From positions 143,780,001 to 143,844,000 of the forward strand of contig CM059431.1 of NCBI GenBank assembly GCA_030390025.1: 64,000 bases of DNA, written 5' to 3'. This stretch comes from Squalus acanthias. Taxonomy: Eukaryota. Numbering within the stretch: the stretch's first letter is position 1; each line of letters opens with the position of its first letter. The notes beneath the pieces are model-generated. The model saw only the letters and a program-made list of their open reading frames with translations, was not told the DNA's origin and made no database searches. Position numbers and translations under genes: made by a program. This document shows positions 48,901 to 60,233 of this stretch, in pieces.

Positions 48901-51900
48901 CGTCGTGTCCGTCCGTGCCGCCGTTAAAATCATGGGCGCGGACAAGGACGTTGGCCGGCTCGAGCTGCGTCGGCTCAAGAGCTTCCACACTGGGCTGCTG
49001 AGGGAGTGGCGGTCGTCAGTGACCGCGCTCCCTCCCCTCCGTTAGGTAGAGGTTGCACTATGCTTCTGAGATGAAGATAACCATAGCCAGCCTCAACATC
49101 AACGGCAGCAGGGAGGCGCGCCGTAGATTCAATAACTTCTCGGTCCTTCGGGACGGGAAATATGCGGTGTGCTTCCTGCAAGAAACCCACACCGTTCCGG
49201 GAGACGAGGCCACGTGGCTCCTGGAGTGGCAAGGAGGGGTCAGCATGAGTCACCTCTCCAACAATTCCTGCGGGGTGGCTGTCTTGCTGGCCCCGCATTT
49301 TCAGCCGGAGATCTTGAGGGTCAAGGAGCACGTGCCGGGCCGCTTGCTCCAGGTCACTGTTCGCCTGGGAGGCGTGCCGCTCCATTTAGTGAACGTGTAC
49401 GCCCCCCGGACCGGTGCGCAGCAAGTGCGCTTCTTCGGAGAAGTGTCCGCTCTTCTGGGCTCCATCGACGTGGGCGAGTGCGTCATCCTCGGGGGGGATT
49501 TCAATTGTACCCTCGAGGCGCGGGACCGGTCGGGTCCCCCGCGAAGCCCGGCGGCGATGGAGAAGTTGCGGGACCTGGTCGGGTCCTTCGACTTGGTGGA
49601 CGTCTGGCGAAATCTCCATCCCGACTCCAGCGCCTTCACGAGCGTGAGGTCTGGAGGAGGAAGGTCCAGAATCGACCGCCTTTACATTTCCCGGGCGTAC
49701 GTCTCCTGCGTTCCGGCGGCTTCCATGCGGCCGGTGCCGTGCACGGACCACCACCTGGTGTGGGCGGAGCTCGCTCCGCTGCGCGCGCGGGGGGGGTCCG
49801 CGTACTGGCATTTTAACAACCTGCTGCTGGAGGACGCGCGGTTCCGGGATTCGTTTCGCCGGTTCTGGGCCGACTGGAGAAGGAAGCGGGGAGGCTTCCC
49901 CTCCTTGAGGCTATGGTGGGACGTGGGCAAGGCTCACGTCCGCGTCTTCTGTCAGGAGTACGCGAAGGGGTCGACCAAGAGGCGGGAGGCCCGGGTCGGG
50001 CGATTGGAGAAAGAAGTGCTCGACCTGGAGTCCCGTCTCGGTCAGGTCGTCGAGGACCCGGCCCTGCGGAAGGTGTACGAAGAGAAGAAGGGCGCGCTGA
50101 AGGACCTGCAGCTGGTCGGGTCCCGAGGCGCGTACGTGAGGTCGCGGATCCAGTTCCTGCGGGACCTGGACCGCGGCTCCCCCTTCTTCTACTCGCTGGA
50201 AAAAAGACGGGGGGTCCGTAAGCAGCTCTTGGGGCTGCTGGCCGACGACGGATCTCTGGTCTCGGATCCGGAGGGCATCAGCGCGGAGGCCCGGGCCTAT
50301 TACGGGGCTCTGTTCTCTTCGGATCCGTCCAGCGAGGATGCGCGCAGAGTTTTGTGGGAGGACCTGCCGAAGGTCGGCCCGGAGGGCGCCGAGAATTTAG
50401 AAGCTCCGCTAAGCCTGGCGGAGCTGACCGGCGCCCTGCGCCAGCTCTCGAGGGGCAAGTCCCCGGGGCTGGACGGACTGACCGTGGAGTTCCACAGGGC
50501 GTTCTGGGACGTCTTGGGGGACGACTACGCGCGGGTCCTGGGGGAAAGTCTGGCGACCGGGGAGATGCCCCTCTCTTGGCGCAGGGCGGTCATCGTCCTG
50601 CTGCCCAAGAAGGGCGATCTCCGCCTACTTAAGAACTGGCGCCCGGTCTCCCTCCTCAGCACGGACTACAAAATTTTCGCCAGGGCTATGTCTGCTCGCC
50701 TTGGCACCGTGCTGGCCCGCATGATCCACCCCGACCAGTCCTACACGGTCCCGGGCCGGAGTATCCACGATAACATCCATCTGGTCCGGGACCTGGTCCA
50801 CCATTCCCAGAGGGCTGGTCTGTCGGTCGCCTTCCTTTCCCTGGATCAGGAGAAGGCGTTCGACAGGGTGGATCACGAGTATCTTTTCGGGACTCTGCGC
50901 GCATTCGGGTTCGGGACGCATTTCGTCGCCCGGATCCGACTTCTGTACGCCGCCGCGGAGTGTCTGATTAAAGTTAACGGGTCTTTGACGGCGCCCCTTC
51001 GCTTCGGGAGGGGGGTGCGTCAGGGATGCCCCATGTCCGGTCAGTTATACGCCGTTTGCGTGGAGCCTTTCCTGCGCCTCTTGCGGAAGAGGTTGACGGG
51101 ACTGGCTCTGCAAGGGCCGGGCGTGGAGGTGGTCCTCTCGGCTTACGCCGATGACGTGCTCCTCGCGGTCACGGATCCCGTCGACTTGCGGAGGATGCGA
51201 GAATGCCAGCAGATTTACTCGGACGCATCCTCCGCCAAGATCAACTGGGAGAAATGTTCTGGACTCCTGGTGGGCCCATGGCGGGTGGACTCCCTGCCGG
51301 AGGAGTTCGGGCCTTTCGCCTGGAGCACCACGCACCTCCTCTACCTGGGAGTCTACCTCAGCCCGGCCGAGGACGCCTGGCCGGCGAACTGGCAAGAGCT
51401 GGAGGCCAAAGTCACCGCTCGCCTAGGGCGCTGGACAGGACTGCTCCGAGTGTTGTCCTACAGGGGTCGAGCGCTGGTCATAAACCAGCTGGTGGCCGCC
51501 ATGTTGTGGTACCGGTTGATCACTTTGATCCCTCCCCCTGCGTTTGTCGCCAAGATGCAGAAGAAGCTCGTCGACTTCTTCTGGGACAAAAGGAAGCACT
51601 GGGTCTCTGCCGCGGTTTTGAGTCTCCCGCTTAGGGAGGGCGGTCAGGCGCTGGTGTGCCTTCGCACCCAGGCGGCGACTTTCCGTCTTCAGACGCTGCA
51701 GAGATACCTGTACGTGGAGAATCCTCCTAGGTGGCGTGCGCTGGCGACGTATTTCTTCCGCCAGCTGCACGGCCTCAATTACGACACGCAGCTCCTGTTT
51801 GTGAGAGTGGGTGGCACGCGTGCCAGCCTGCGGGAGCTGCCTGTCTTCTACCAGGAACTGCTATGGGTTTGGAACAGCGTCGCCTCCGAGCGCAGTTCTC

Positions 51901-53033
51901 CCCCGTCAGGAGCGGCGGCCGTCCTTCGGGAGCCGCTGTTCAGGAATCCGCACCTCCACGACCGCGGGTTCGGCTGGCTGGCGGAGGGCAGGGCTGTGCC
52001 CGGTAAGGTGACCAGAGTCGGGGACCTGCTCGATGGCGGAGGAGCGGGCTGGATGGCGCCGGAGGAGTTGGCGAGGCGCATGTCCTGGGTCAACGTCCGG
52101 CTCGCGGTCAAAGCCATCGAGTCGCTAAAAGTGGCACTGGGCCCCGTCTCCACTAGGTGTGTCGAGGAGGCTCAAGCACGTGGGGCGATCCCGTCCGAAC
52201 TGACCCCCGTTCGGACGGAATTCCTTATCGGCGCCCGGCCCCGAATCCTCCCTCGGGAGCCGCCGCCTCACCACTTGAGCCTTCTCGGAGAAATGCCCTC
52301 CGTGCCCTTTCAATCCGCACGGAGGCGTTTCCTGTACGGGCTGCTCCTGCACACTCTCCACTTTGCCATCTTCGTCTGCCGTCCGGACACGCCTTGGCGT
52401 ACCATCCTGCCGTCCGGCGGAGGCGAAGGTCCCCATTGGAAGGCTCTCTACGCGGGAGTCTTCCCTTGTTCTATTGGGGACTTGGCCTGGAGGGTGTTGC
52501 ACGGAGCAGTCCCGTGCAATAGGATTTTAAGTAGGTTTACGGACTCCCAGGCTGCTTGTCATTTTGCGGCCTGGAGGAGTCCGTCTATCACATTTATATT
52601 GAATGTGAGAGGTTGCAGCCCCTCTTTCATTATTTGAAGGGGCTGCTCCTCAATTTCTGGTTGCACTTCAGCCCCACGCTCCTGATCTACGGTCACCCGG
52701 TGCGGAGGGGAGCGGGTAGGTCGGAGGACCTCCTCGTAGGACTGCTCCTGGGCCTGGCCAAGAAAGCCATTAATTGGTCCAGGCAGCGGGCGGTCGAGGG
52801 GGTCGTTCGGCCCGATTGCCTGCCTCTCTTCCGCGGCCATGTTCGCGCCCGGGTGGCCCTGGAGATGGAGCACGCGGTGTCCGCCGGCACGCTTGAGTTT
52901 TTCCGCGACCGGTGGGCGCCGCGGGGACTGGAGTGCATCGTCACCCCGGACTTTCAAATTTTAATTTGATTTATTAAGTTTCATTTAAAGTTTTAATTTG
53001 ATTTACAGTAAATTTGGGTTCAACCAAAAAGAG
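45917..53033 (+). mobile_element. Tx1 copy 4 (ORF1 46888-49045 multiply disrupted; ORF2 49071-52969 frameshifted ~52562)
   Basis: The ORF track and comparison with copy 1 support this. Confidence 0.95.
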
Positions 53034-53086
53034 CAACACCAGGTTATAGTCCAACAGCTTTATTTGAAATCACAAGCTTTCGGAGC

Positions 53087-56000
53087 TGCTGACTGAGGAG
53101 CAGCAGCAGCAGCAGCAGAGTGGTGGTCTCTGTGACCAGGAAGAGGAGAAGGAGACCAGACAGCAGACCACCACCAACAACCACTACAACTGAGGTGCCT
53201 GGAGAGAGAGGACAGGAGAGGAGAAAGAAAAGAAAGGAAGGCCAAGGCCATTAACACCAGAGGAAGGCCTTTCCATCACTGCCTCCTCAATTGGCCTCCA
53301 TTTTAGGAGAGGGAGAGAGGGGAGAAAACAACAACAACATCCATCATCTGTTTGGAAGGAGGGAGGAAGGAAAGAACAACAGCTACAGGTGGGTGTGATT
53401 CTGGGGCACTCTCCCAGAGACTTTGTTTTGTAGGTGGGGGGAGGAAAGAAGAAAAAGAAGAAGGCCGGAACATCTAAGGGGTGTGTGTGTGTGTGTGTGT
53501 GTGTGTGGCTTCTGTAAAAGCTAGGCCGCACACACCATATTAAACACCCCTTTCCCATTGCCTGACCTGGGACAGCTGGAGCTGCCTAGGTGAAGTCCCC
53601 AATTAATTTAATCTTATTGGGCATCGTTAAGACCTGGTGCAGGACTGAGCCTGGGCATCTCCAGCTATCCCAGGTGAAGACATCTTCTCCCCCCACCAGA
53701 AGACCACCACCAAAGACTTTTATTACATCGGAGAGTGCACCCCCCTGCCAACACCCACCCACCCACCATCCTGAGTGGCGACCCTGCCCTTGCGGCTTCC
53801 CTCCTTCCCACCCCCTCTCTCTCTCTCTTTGTCTCTTGTCTCTCTCTGCCTCTCTCTCTAAGAGGCACCTCAATCTATTTTAATTAAGTACCTATTGAGC
53901 AGAGGGGAGAAGGCCCCTCTCCCAATTCAATCAACTAAAGGGAGAGGTGTGCCTTCAATTTAAGAGCTCCCTCTGCTCAGGGGAAAACAGAAACAAAAAA
54001 ACCGAGGCCATTAACACCTTCAGGCCTGTGACTTGGGGTGAGTGTAGCCCTTAAAGAACCCTCCATTATGGCGACCACATCTTCGCCGGTGGCGGGGGCA
54101 GCGAGGACGTACGCGAGCGTGGCAGCCGCGGCCACGGCCGCAGCCACGAGTCCTCCTGTTACCCCGTCACCTTTTACCCTCCTTACGAGGAAGAATGGGG
54201 TCAAGAGCTACACTCACCCCAACATGACTATAGAGGCGTGCGTAAAAGCCATGGCTGGGGTTGTCGGCCCTTCAGCCATCGTCGCCGCCTCTAAAATGTA
54301 CGGCATAGCTGTGTTCTTCCTGGGGTCGGAGCGGGCGGTGTCCCTGGCCATCGAGAAGGGGCTCACCGTGGGCGGGACCTTCCTGCCGGTGGACCCCCTT
54401 GAGGCCACCGCGCAAAGGATTGTGGTTTCCAACGTCCCGCCCTTTGTTCCGGGTGAGCTCCTCCTCCCCCACCTACGTCAACTGGGGGAGGTGAGGTCGG
54501 GGATCACACCCATCCCGCTCGGCTTCCGGGAAGCCAGCCTTCGGCACGTCTTCTCCTTCCGGCGCCAGCTTTTCGTCCGGCTGGCGCGGGAGGAGGACGC
54601 GGATGGCGCGTTCACGGTGCTCCACGGGGGGACCGCCCACCGCGTCTTCTGGACCTCGGACGGCGTGCGGTGCTACGCCTGTAAGGAGGTGGGGCACGTC
54701 CGCAAAAACTGCCCCGCCTCCAAGGCCGCCACGACACCTGATACTGTCCGCGCGTCGACGGCGACGGATGCGCGGTCGAAATCGGAGGCCAACACCACCA
54801 CGGCCTCCGGCGGGGAGGAGGGAGAGCGTCCGGGGGGAAGGAAGGCGCGTAGGAAAAATAAACACCTAAGGGCGGATCCCCTCGCGGAGGAAACATCGGA
54901 GTTGACCGAACTCACGCCCGAGTACATCGCGGAGTTGGTCGGGACGCATGAGACTGGGGGGGTCCTCGTGCCCGGGCCCGTGATCGTGACCGCAACTGCT
55001 GAGGCAGCTAAATCAAGACCTGCGGCCGGGCTCGGGCCCGAGGGGCCCAAGAAACCCAGTCGTCGGAAGGGGGCAGAGAGGGAGGCCCCAGCAGACATGG
55101 AGGCCTCCCCCTCTCCGGGCCCCAATATGTTAAAAAGAAAGCTCCGCCCCCAGAGAGGAGGACTGCGAGGAGGAAGGTCCCTCCGCAAAAGGGGGGCAGT
55201 CGCCCGCCGCGGGTGCTGCGCCCCACCCCACCACCGTCATCGTCGCGCGCGATCGGCAGGGGTCGTCTGTCCCTCGGGAGGGTGAGACAGCCGAGTCTGT
55301 CCGACCTGTGCCTCCCGGGGATGGGGAAGAGACCCTGCCCGTGGGGGGGGGGGCGCGGAACAACCCGCGGAGGGAAATGTAGTTCCGGAACCGTTGCTCC
55401 TCGCCGGGTCGGGCGTCCTGGGGACTGGGGCGGGCGAGGCCAAAGAGGCTGAAGCCGAGCCCGCCTTTTATAACCCAGACATCTCCCAGGGACTGCTCGA
55501 CCTGGTGGAGGAGTGTAGCAATCCCCAGCCCGCTGGGTCGGAGGTTGGTGGCGGGGAGACGGAAAGCCCCCTGACTCCGTCTCTGTTGTTGGCGCCGGAC
55601 GTGCTGGAGGAATTTGGGATTATTTTCTCCCTGGTTTCTCCGGTCGCCCCGGCGCCTGAGGCGGGGGTGGGCCCCGAACCGCCGCCGCCGCCTCCCGGCC
55701 CGGCGCCCCTGAAGGAGCCCAGGATGGACTCCTCTGCCACCGATCCTGGGGGTGGGATCGTGACGGAGGCGGGGCCGGCCGGTGCGGCCGAGCCGTTCGC
55801 TGCACCCTGTGCGACGGACGGGTCGGCCGCCGGTGACGACCTCCCGGAGGAGGACGGGGACTCAGTGTTGGGCACTGAGGAAGATTTGGAGTCCATCAGC
55901 AGCGAGGCGATGGACGCCCTCGTGCCCTTCACCGACTCTCCCCTCATCCCCGTAGGGGAACTCCGGGATTTTGTGGCCGTGAGCCAGGGTCGTCACAAGA

Positions 56001-59000
56001 AGATCCGGCTGGCCCTCAACAAGTGGTCGGAGCTGGCGCTGCTCGTCGTGTCCGTCCGCGCCGCCGTTAAAATCATGGGCGCGGACAAGGACGTTGGCCG
56101 GCTCGAGCTGCGTCGGCTCAAGAGTTTCCACACTGGGCTGCTGAGGGAGTGGCGGTCGTCAGTGACCGCGCTCCCTCCCCTCCGTTAGGTAGAGGTTGCA
56201 CTATGCTTCTGAGATGAAGATAACCATAGCCAGCCTCTACATCAACGGCAGCAGGGAGGCGCGCCGTAGATTCAATAACTTCTCGGTCCTTCGGGACGGG
56301 AAATATGCGGTGTGCTTCCTGCAAGAAACCCACACCGTTCCGGGAGACGAGGCCACGTGGCTCCTGGAGTGGCAAGGAGGGGTCAGCATGAGTCACCTCT
56401 CTAACAATTCCTGCGGGGTGGCTGTCTTGCTGGCCCCGCATTTTCAGCCGGAGATCTTGAGGGTCAAGGAGCACGTGCCGGGCCGCTTGCTCCAGGTCAC
56501 TGTTCGCCTGGGACTCGTGCCGCTCCATTTAGTGAACGTGTACGCCCCCCGGACCGGTGCGCAGCAAGTGCGCTTCTTCGGAGAAGTGTCCGCTCTTCTG
56601 GGCTCCATCGACGTGGGTGAGTGCGTCATCCTCGGGGGGGATTTCAATTGTACCCTCGAGGCGCGGGACCGGTCGGGTCCCCCGCGAAGCCCGGCGGCGA
56701 TGGAGAAGTTGCGGGACCTGGTCGGGTCCTTCGACTTGGTGGACGTCTGGCGAAATCTCCATCCCGACTCCAGCGCCTTCACGGGCGTGAGGTCTGGAGG
56801 AGGAAGGTCCAGAATCGACCGCCTTTACATGTCCCGGGCGTACGTCTCCTGCGTTCCGGCGGCTTCCATGCGGCCGGTGCCGTGCACGGACCACCACCTG
56901 GTGTGGGCGGAGCTCGCTCCGCTGCGCGCGCGGGGGGGGTCCGCGTACTGGCATTTTAACAACCTGCTGCTGGAGGACGCGCGGTTCCGGGATTCGTTTC
57001 GCCGGTTCTGGGCCGACTGGAGAAGGAAGCGGGGAGGCTTCCCCTCCTTGAGGCTATGGTGGGACGTGGGCAAGGCTCACGTCCGCGTCTTCTGTCAGGA
57101 GTACGCGAAGGGGTCGACCAAGAGGCGGGAGGCCCGGGTCGGGCGGTTGGAGAAAGAAGTGCTCGACCTGGAGTCCCGTCTCGGTCAAGTCGTCGAGGAC
57201 CCGGCCCTGCAGAAGGTGTACGAAGAGAAGAAGGGCGCGCTGAAGGACCTGCAGCTGGTCGGGTCCCGAGGCGCGTACGTGAGGTCGCGGATCCAGTTCC
57301 TGCGGGACCTGGACCGCGGCTCCCCCTTCTTCTACTCGCTGGAAAAAAGACGGGGGGTCCGTAAGCAGCTCTTGGGGCTGCTGGCCGACGACGGATCTCT
57401 GGTCTCGGATCCGGAGGGCATCAGCGCGGAGGCCCGGGCCTATTACGGGGCTCTGTTCTCTTCGGATCCGTCCAGCGAGGATGCGCGCAGAGTTTTGTGG
57501 GAGGACCTGCCGAAGGTCGGCCCGGAGGGCGCCGAGAATTTAGAAGCTCCGCTAAGCCTGGCGGAGCTGACCGGCGCCCTGCGCCAGCTCTCGAGGGGCA
57601 AGTCCCCGGGGCTGGACGGGCTGACCGTGGAGTTCCACAGGGCGTTCTGGGACGTCTTGGGGGACGACTACGCGCGGGTCCTGGGGGAAAGTCTGGCGAC
57701 CGGGGAGATGCCCCTCTCTTGGCGCAGGGCGGTCATCGTCCTGCTGCCCAAGAAGGGCGATCTCCGCCTACTTAAGAACTGGCGCCCGGTCTCCCTCCTC
57801 AGCACGGACTACAAAATTTTCGCCAGGGCTATGTCTGCTCGCCTTGGCACCGTGCTGGCCCGCATGATCCACCCCGACCAGTCCTACACGGTCCCGGGCC
57901 GGAGTATCCACGATAACATCCATCTGGTCCGGGACCTGGTCCACCATTCCCAGAGGGCTGGTCTGTCGGTCGCCTTCCTTTCCCAGGATCAGGAGAAGGC
58001 GTTCGACAGGGTGGATCACGAGTATCTTTTCGGGACTCTGCGCGCATTCGGGTTCGGGACGCATTTCGTCGCCCGGATCCGACTTCTGTACGCCGCCGCG
58101 GAGTGTCTCATTAAAGTTAACGGGTCTTTGACGGCGCCCCTTCGCTTCGGGAGGGGGGTGCGTCAGGGATGCCCCATGTCCGGTCAGTTATACGCCGTTT
58201 GCATGGAGCCTTTCCTGCGCCTCTTGCGGAAGAGGTTGACGGGACTGGCTCTGCAAGGGCCGGGCGTGGAGGTGGTCCTCTCGGCTTACGCCGATGACGT
58301 GCTCCTCGCGGTCACGGATCCCGTCGACTTGCGGAGGATGCGAGAATGCCAGCAGATTTACTCGGACGCATCCTCCGCCAAGATCAACTGGGAGAAATGT
58401 TCTGGACTCCTGGTGGGCCCATGGCGGGTGGACTCCCTGCCGGAGGAGTTCGGGCCTTTCGCCTGGAGCACCACGCACCTCCTCTACGTGGGAGTCTACC
58501 TCAGCCCGGCCGAGGACGCCTGGCCGGCGAACTGGCAAGAGCTGGAGGCCAAAGTCACCGCTCGCCTAGGACGCTGGACAGGACTGCTCCGAGTGTTGTC
58601 CTACAGGGGTCGAGCGCTGGTCATAAACCAGCTGGTGGCCGCCATGTTGTGGTACCGGTTGATCACTTTGATCCCTCCCCCTGCGTTTGTCGCCAAGATG
58701 CAGAAGAAGCTCGTCGACTTCTTCTGGGACAAAAGGAAGCACTGGGTCTCTGCCGCGGTTTTGAGTCTCCCGCTTAGGGAGGGCGGTCAGGCGCTGGTGT
58801 GCCTTCGCACCCAGGCGGCGACTTTCCGTCTTCAGACGCTGCAGAGATACCTGTACGTGGAGAATCCTCCTAGGTGGCGTGCGCTGGCGACGTATTTCTT
58901 CCGCCAGCTGCACGGCCTCAATTACGACACGCAGCTCCTGTTTGTGAGAGTGGGTGGCACGCGTGCCAGCCTGCGGGAGCTGCCTGTCTTCTACCAGGAA

Positions 59001-60180
59001 CTGCTATGGGTTTGGAACAGCGTCGCCTCCGAGCGCAGTTCTCCCCCGTCAGGAGCGGCGGCCGTCCTTCGGGAGCCGCTGTTCAGGAATCCGCACCTCC
59101 ACGACCGCGGGTTCGGCTGGCTGGCGGAGGGCAGGGCTGTGCCCGGTAAGGTGACCAGAGTCGGGGACCTGCTCGATGGCGGAGGAGCGGGCTGGATGGC
59201 GCCGGAGGAGTTGGCGAGGCGCATGTCCTGGGTCAACGTCCGGCTCACGGTCAAAGCCATCGAGTCGCTAAAAGTGGCACTGGGCCCCGTCTCCACTAGG
59301 TGTGTCGAGGAGGCTCGAGCACGTGGGGCGATCCCGTCCGAACTGACCCCCGTTCGGACGGAATTCCTTATCGGCGCCCGGCCCCGAATCCTCCCTCGGG
59401 AGCCGCCGCCTCACCACTTGAGCCTTCTCGGAGAAATGCCCTCCGTGCCCTTTCAATCCGCACGGAGGTGTTTCCTGTACGGGCTGCTCCTGCACACTCT
59501 CCACTTTGCCATCTTCGTCTGCCGTCCGGACACGCCTTGGCGTACCATCCTGCCGTCCGGCGGAGGCGAAGGTCCCCATTGGAAGGCTCTCTACGCGGGA
59601 GTCTTCCCTTGTTCTATTGGGGACTTGGCCTGGAGGGTGTTGCACGGAGCAGTCCCGTGCAATAGGATTTTAAGTAGGTTTACGGACTCCCAGGCTGCTT
59701 GTCATTTCTGCGGCCTAGAGGAGTCCGTCTATCACATTTATATTGAGTGTGAGAGGTTGCAGCCCCTCTTTCATTATTTGAAGGGGCTGCTCCTCAATTT
59801 CTGGTTGCACTTCAGCCCCACGCTCCTGATCTACGGTCACCCGGTGCGGAGGGGAGCGGGTAGGTCGGAGGACCTCCTCGTAGGACTGCTCCTGGGTCTG
59901 GCCAAGAAAGCCATTAATTTGTCTAGGCAGCGGGCGGTCGAGGGGGTCGTTCGGCCCGATTGCCTGCCCATCTTCCGCGGCCATGTTCGCGCCCGGGTGG
60001 CCCTGGAGATGGAGCACGCGGTGTCCGCCGGCACGCTTGAGTTTTTCCGCGACCGGTGGGCGCCGCGGGGACTGGAGTGCATCGTCACCACGGACTTCCA
60101 AATTTTGATTTGATTTATTAAATTTCATTTAAAGTTTTAATTGATTTACAGTAAATTTTGATTTGTTCAACCAAAAAGAG
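53087..60180 (+). mobile_element. Tx1 copy 5 (ORF1 54068-56188 with 39-bp deletion and indels; ORF2 open)
   Basis: The ORF track and comparison with copy 1 support this. Confidence 0.95.
56214..60113 (+). CDS. Tx1 ORF2 copy 5: open frame, but SLNING>SLYING and LSLDQEK>LSQDQEK
   Basis: The full 1299-aa frame is open, with substitutions in or next to conserved APE and RT motifs. Confidence 0.9.
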   Translation: MKITIASLYINGSREARRRFNNFSVLRDGKYAVCFLQETHTVPGDEATWLLEWQGGVSMSHLSNNSCGVAVLLAPHFQPEILRVKEHVPGRLLQVTVRLGLVPLHLVNVYAPRTGAQQVRFFGEVSALLGSIDVGECVILGGDFNCTLEARDRSGPPRSPAAMEKLRDLVGSFDLVDVWRNLHPDSSAFTGVRSGGGRSRIDRLYMSRAYVSCVPAASMRPVPCTDHHLVWAELAPLRARGGSAYWHFNNLLLEDARFRDSFRRFWADWRRKRGGFPSLRLWWDVGKAHVRVFCQEYAKGSTKRREARVGRLEKEVLDLESRLGQVVEDPALQKVYEEKKGALKDLQLVGSRGAYVRSRIQFLRDLDRGSPFFYSLEKRRGVRKQLLGLLADDGSLVSDPEGISAEARAYYGALFSSDPSSEDARRVLWEDLPKVGPEGAENLEAPLSLAELTGALRQLSRGKSPGLDGLTVEFHRAFWDVLGDDYARVLGESLATGEMPLSWRRAVIVLLPKKGDLRLLKNWRPVSLLSTDYKIFARAMSARLGTVLARMIHPDQSYTVPGRSIHDNIHLVRDLVHHSQRAGLSVAFLSQDQEKAFDRVDHEYLFGTLRAFGFGTHFVARIRLLYAAAECLIKVNGSLTAPLRFGRGVRQGCPMSGQLYAVCMEPFLRLLRKRLTGLALQGPGVEVVLSAYADDVLLAVTDPVDLRRMRECQQIYSDASSAKINWEKCSGLLVGPWRVDSLPEEFGPFAWSTTHLLYVGVYLSPAEDAWPANWQELEAKVTARLGRWTGLLRVLSYRGRALVINQLVAAMLWYRLITLIPPPAFVAKMQKKLVDFFWDKRKHWVSAAVLSLPLREGGQALVCLRTQAATFRLQTLQRYLYVENPPRWRALATYFFRQLHGLNYDTQLLFVRVGGTRASLRELPVFYQELLWVWNSVASERSSPPSGAAAVLREPLFRNPHLHDRGFGWLAEGRAVPGKVTRVGDLLDGGGAGWMAPEELARRMSWVNVRLTVKAIESLKVALGPVSTRCVEEARARGAIPSELTPVRTEFLIGARPRILPREPPPHHLSLLGEMPSVPFQSARRCFLYGLLLHTLHFAIFVCRPDTPWRTILPSGGGEGPHWKALYAGVFPCSIGDLAWRVLHGAVPCNRILSRFTDSQAACHFCGLEESVYHIYIECERLQPLFHYLKGLLLNFWLHFSPTLLIYGHPVRRGAGRSEDLLVGLLLGLAKKAINLSRQRAVEGVVRPDCLPIFRGHVRARVALEMEHAVSAGTLEFFRDRWAPRGLECIVTTDFQILI

Positions 60181-60233
60181 CAACACCAGGTTATAGTCCA
60201 ACAGCTTTATTTGAAATCACAAGCTTTAGGAGC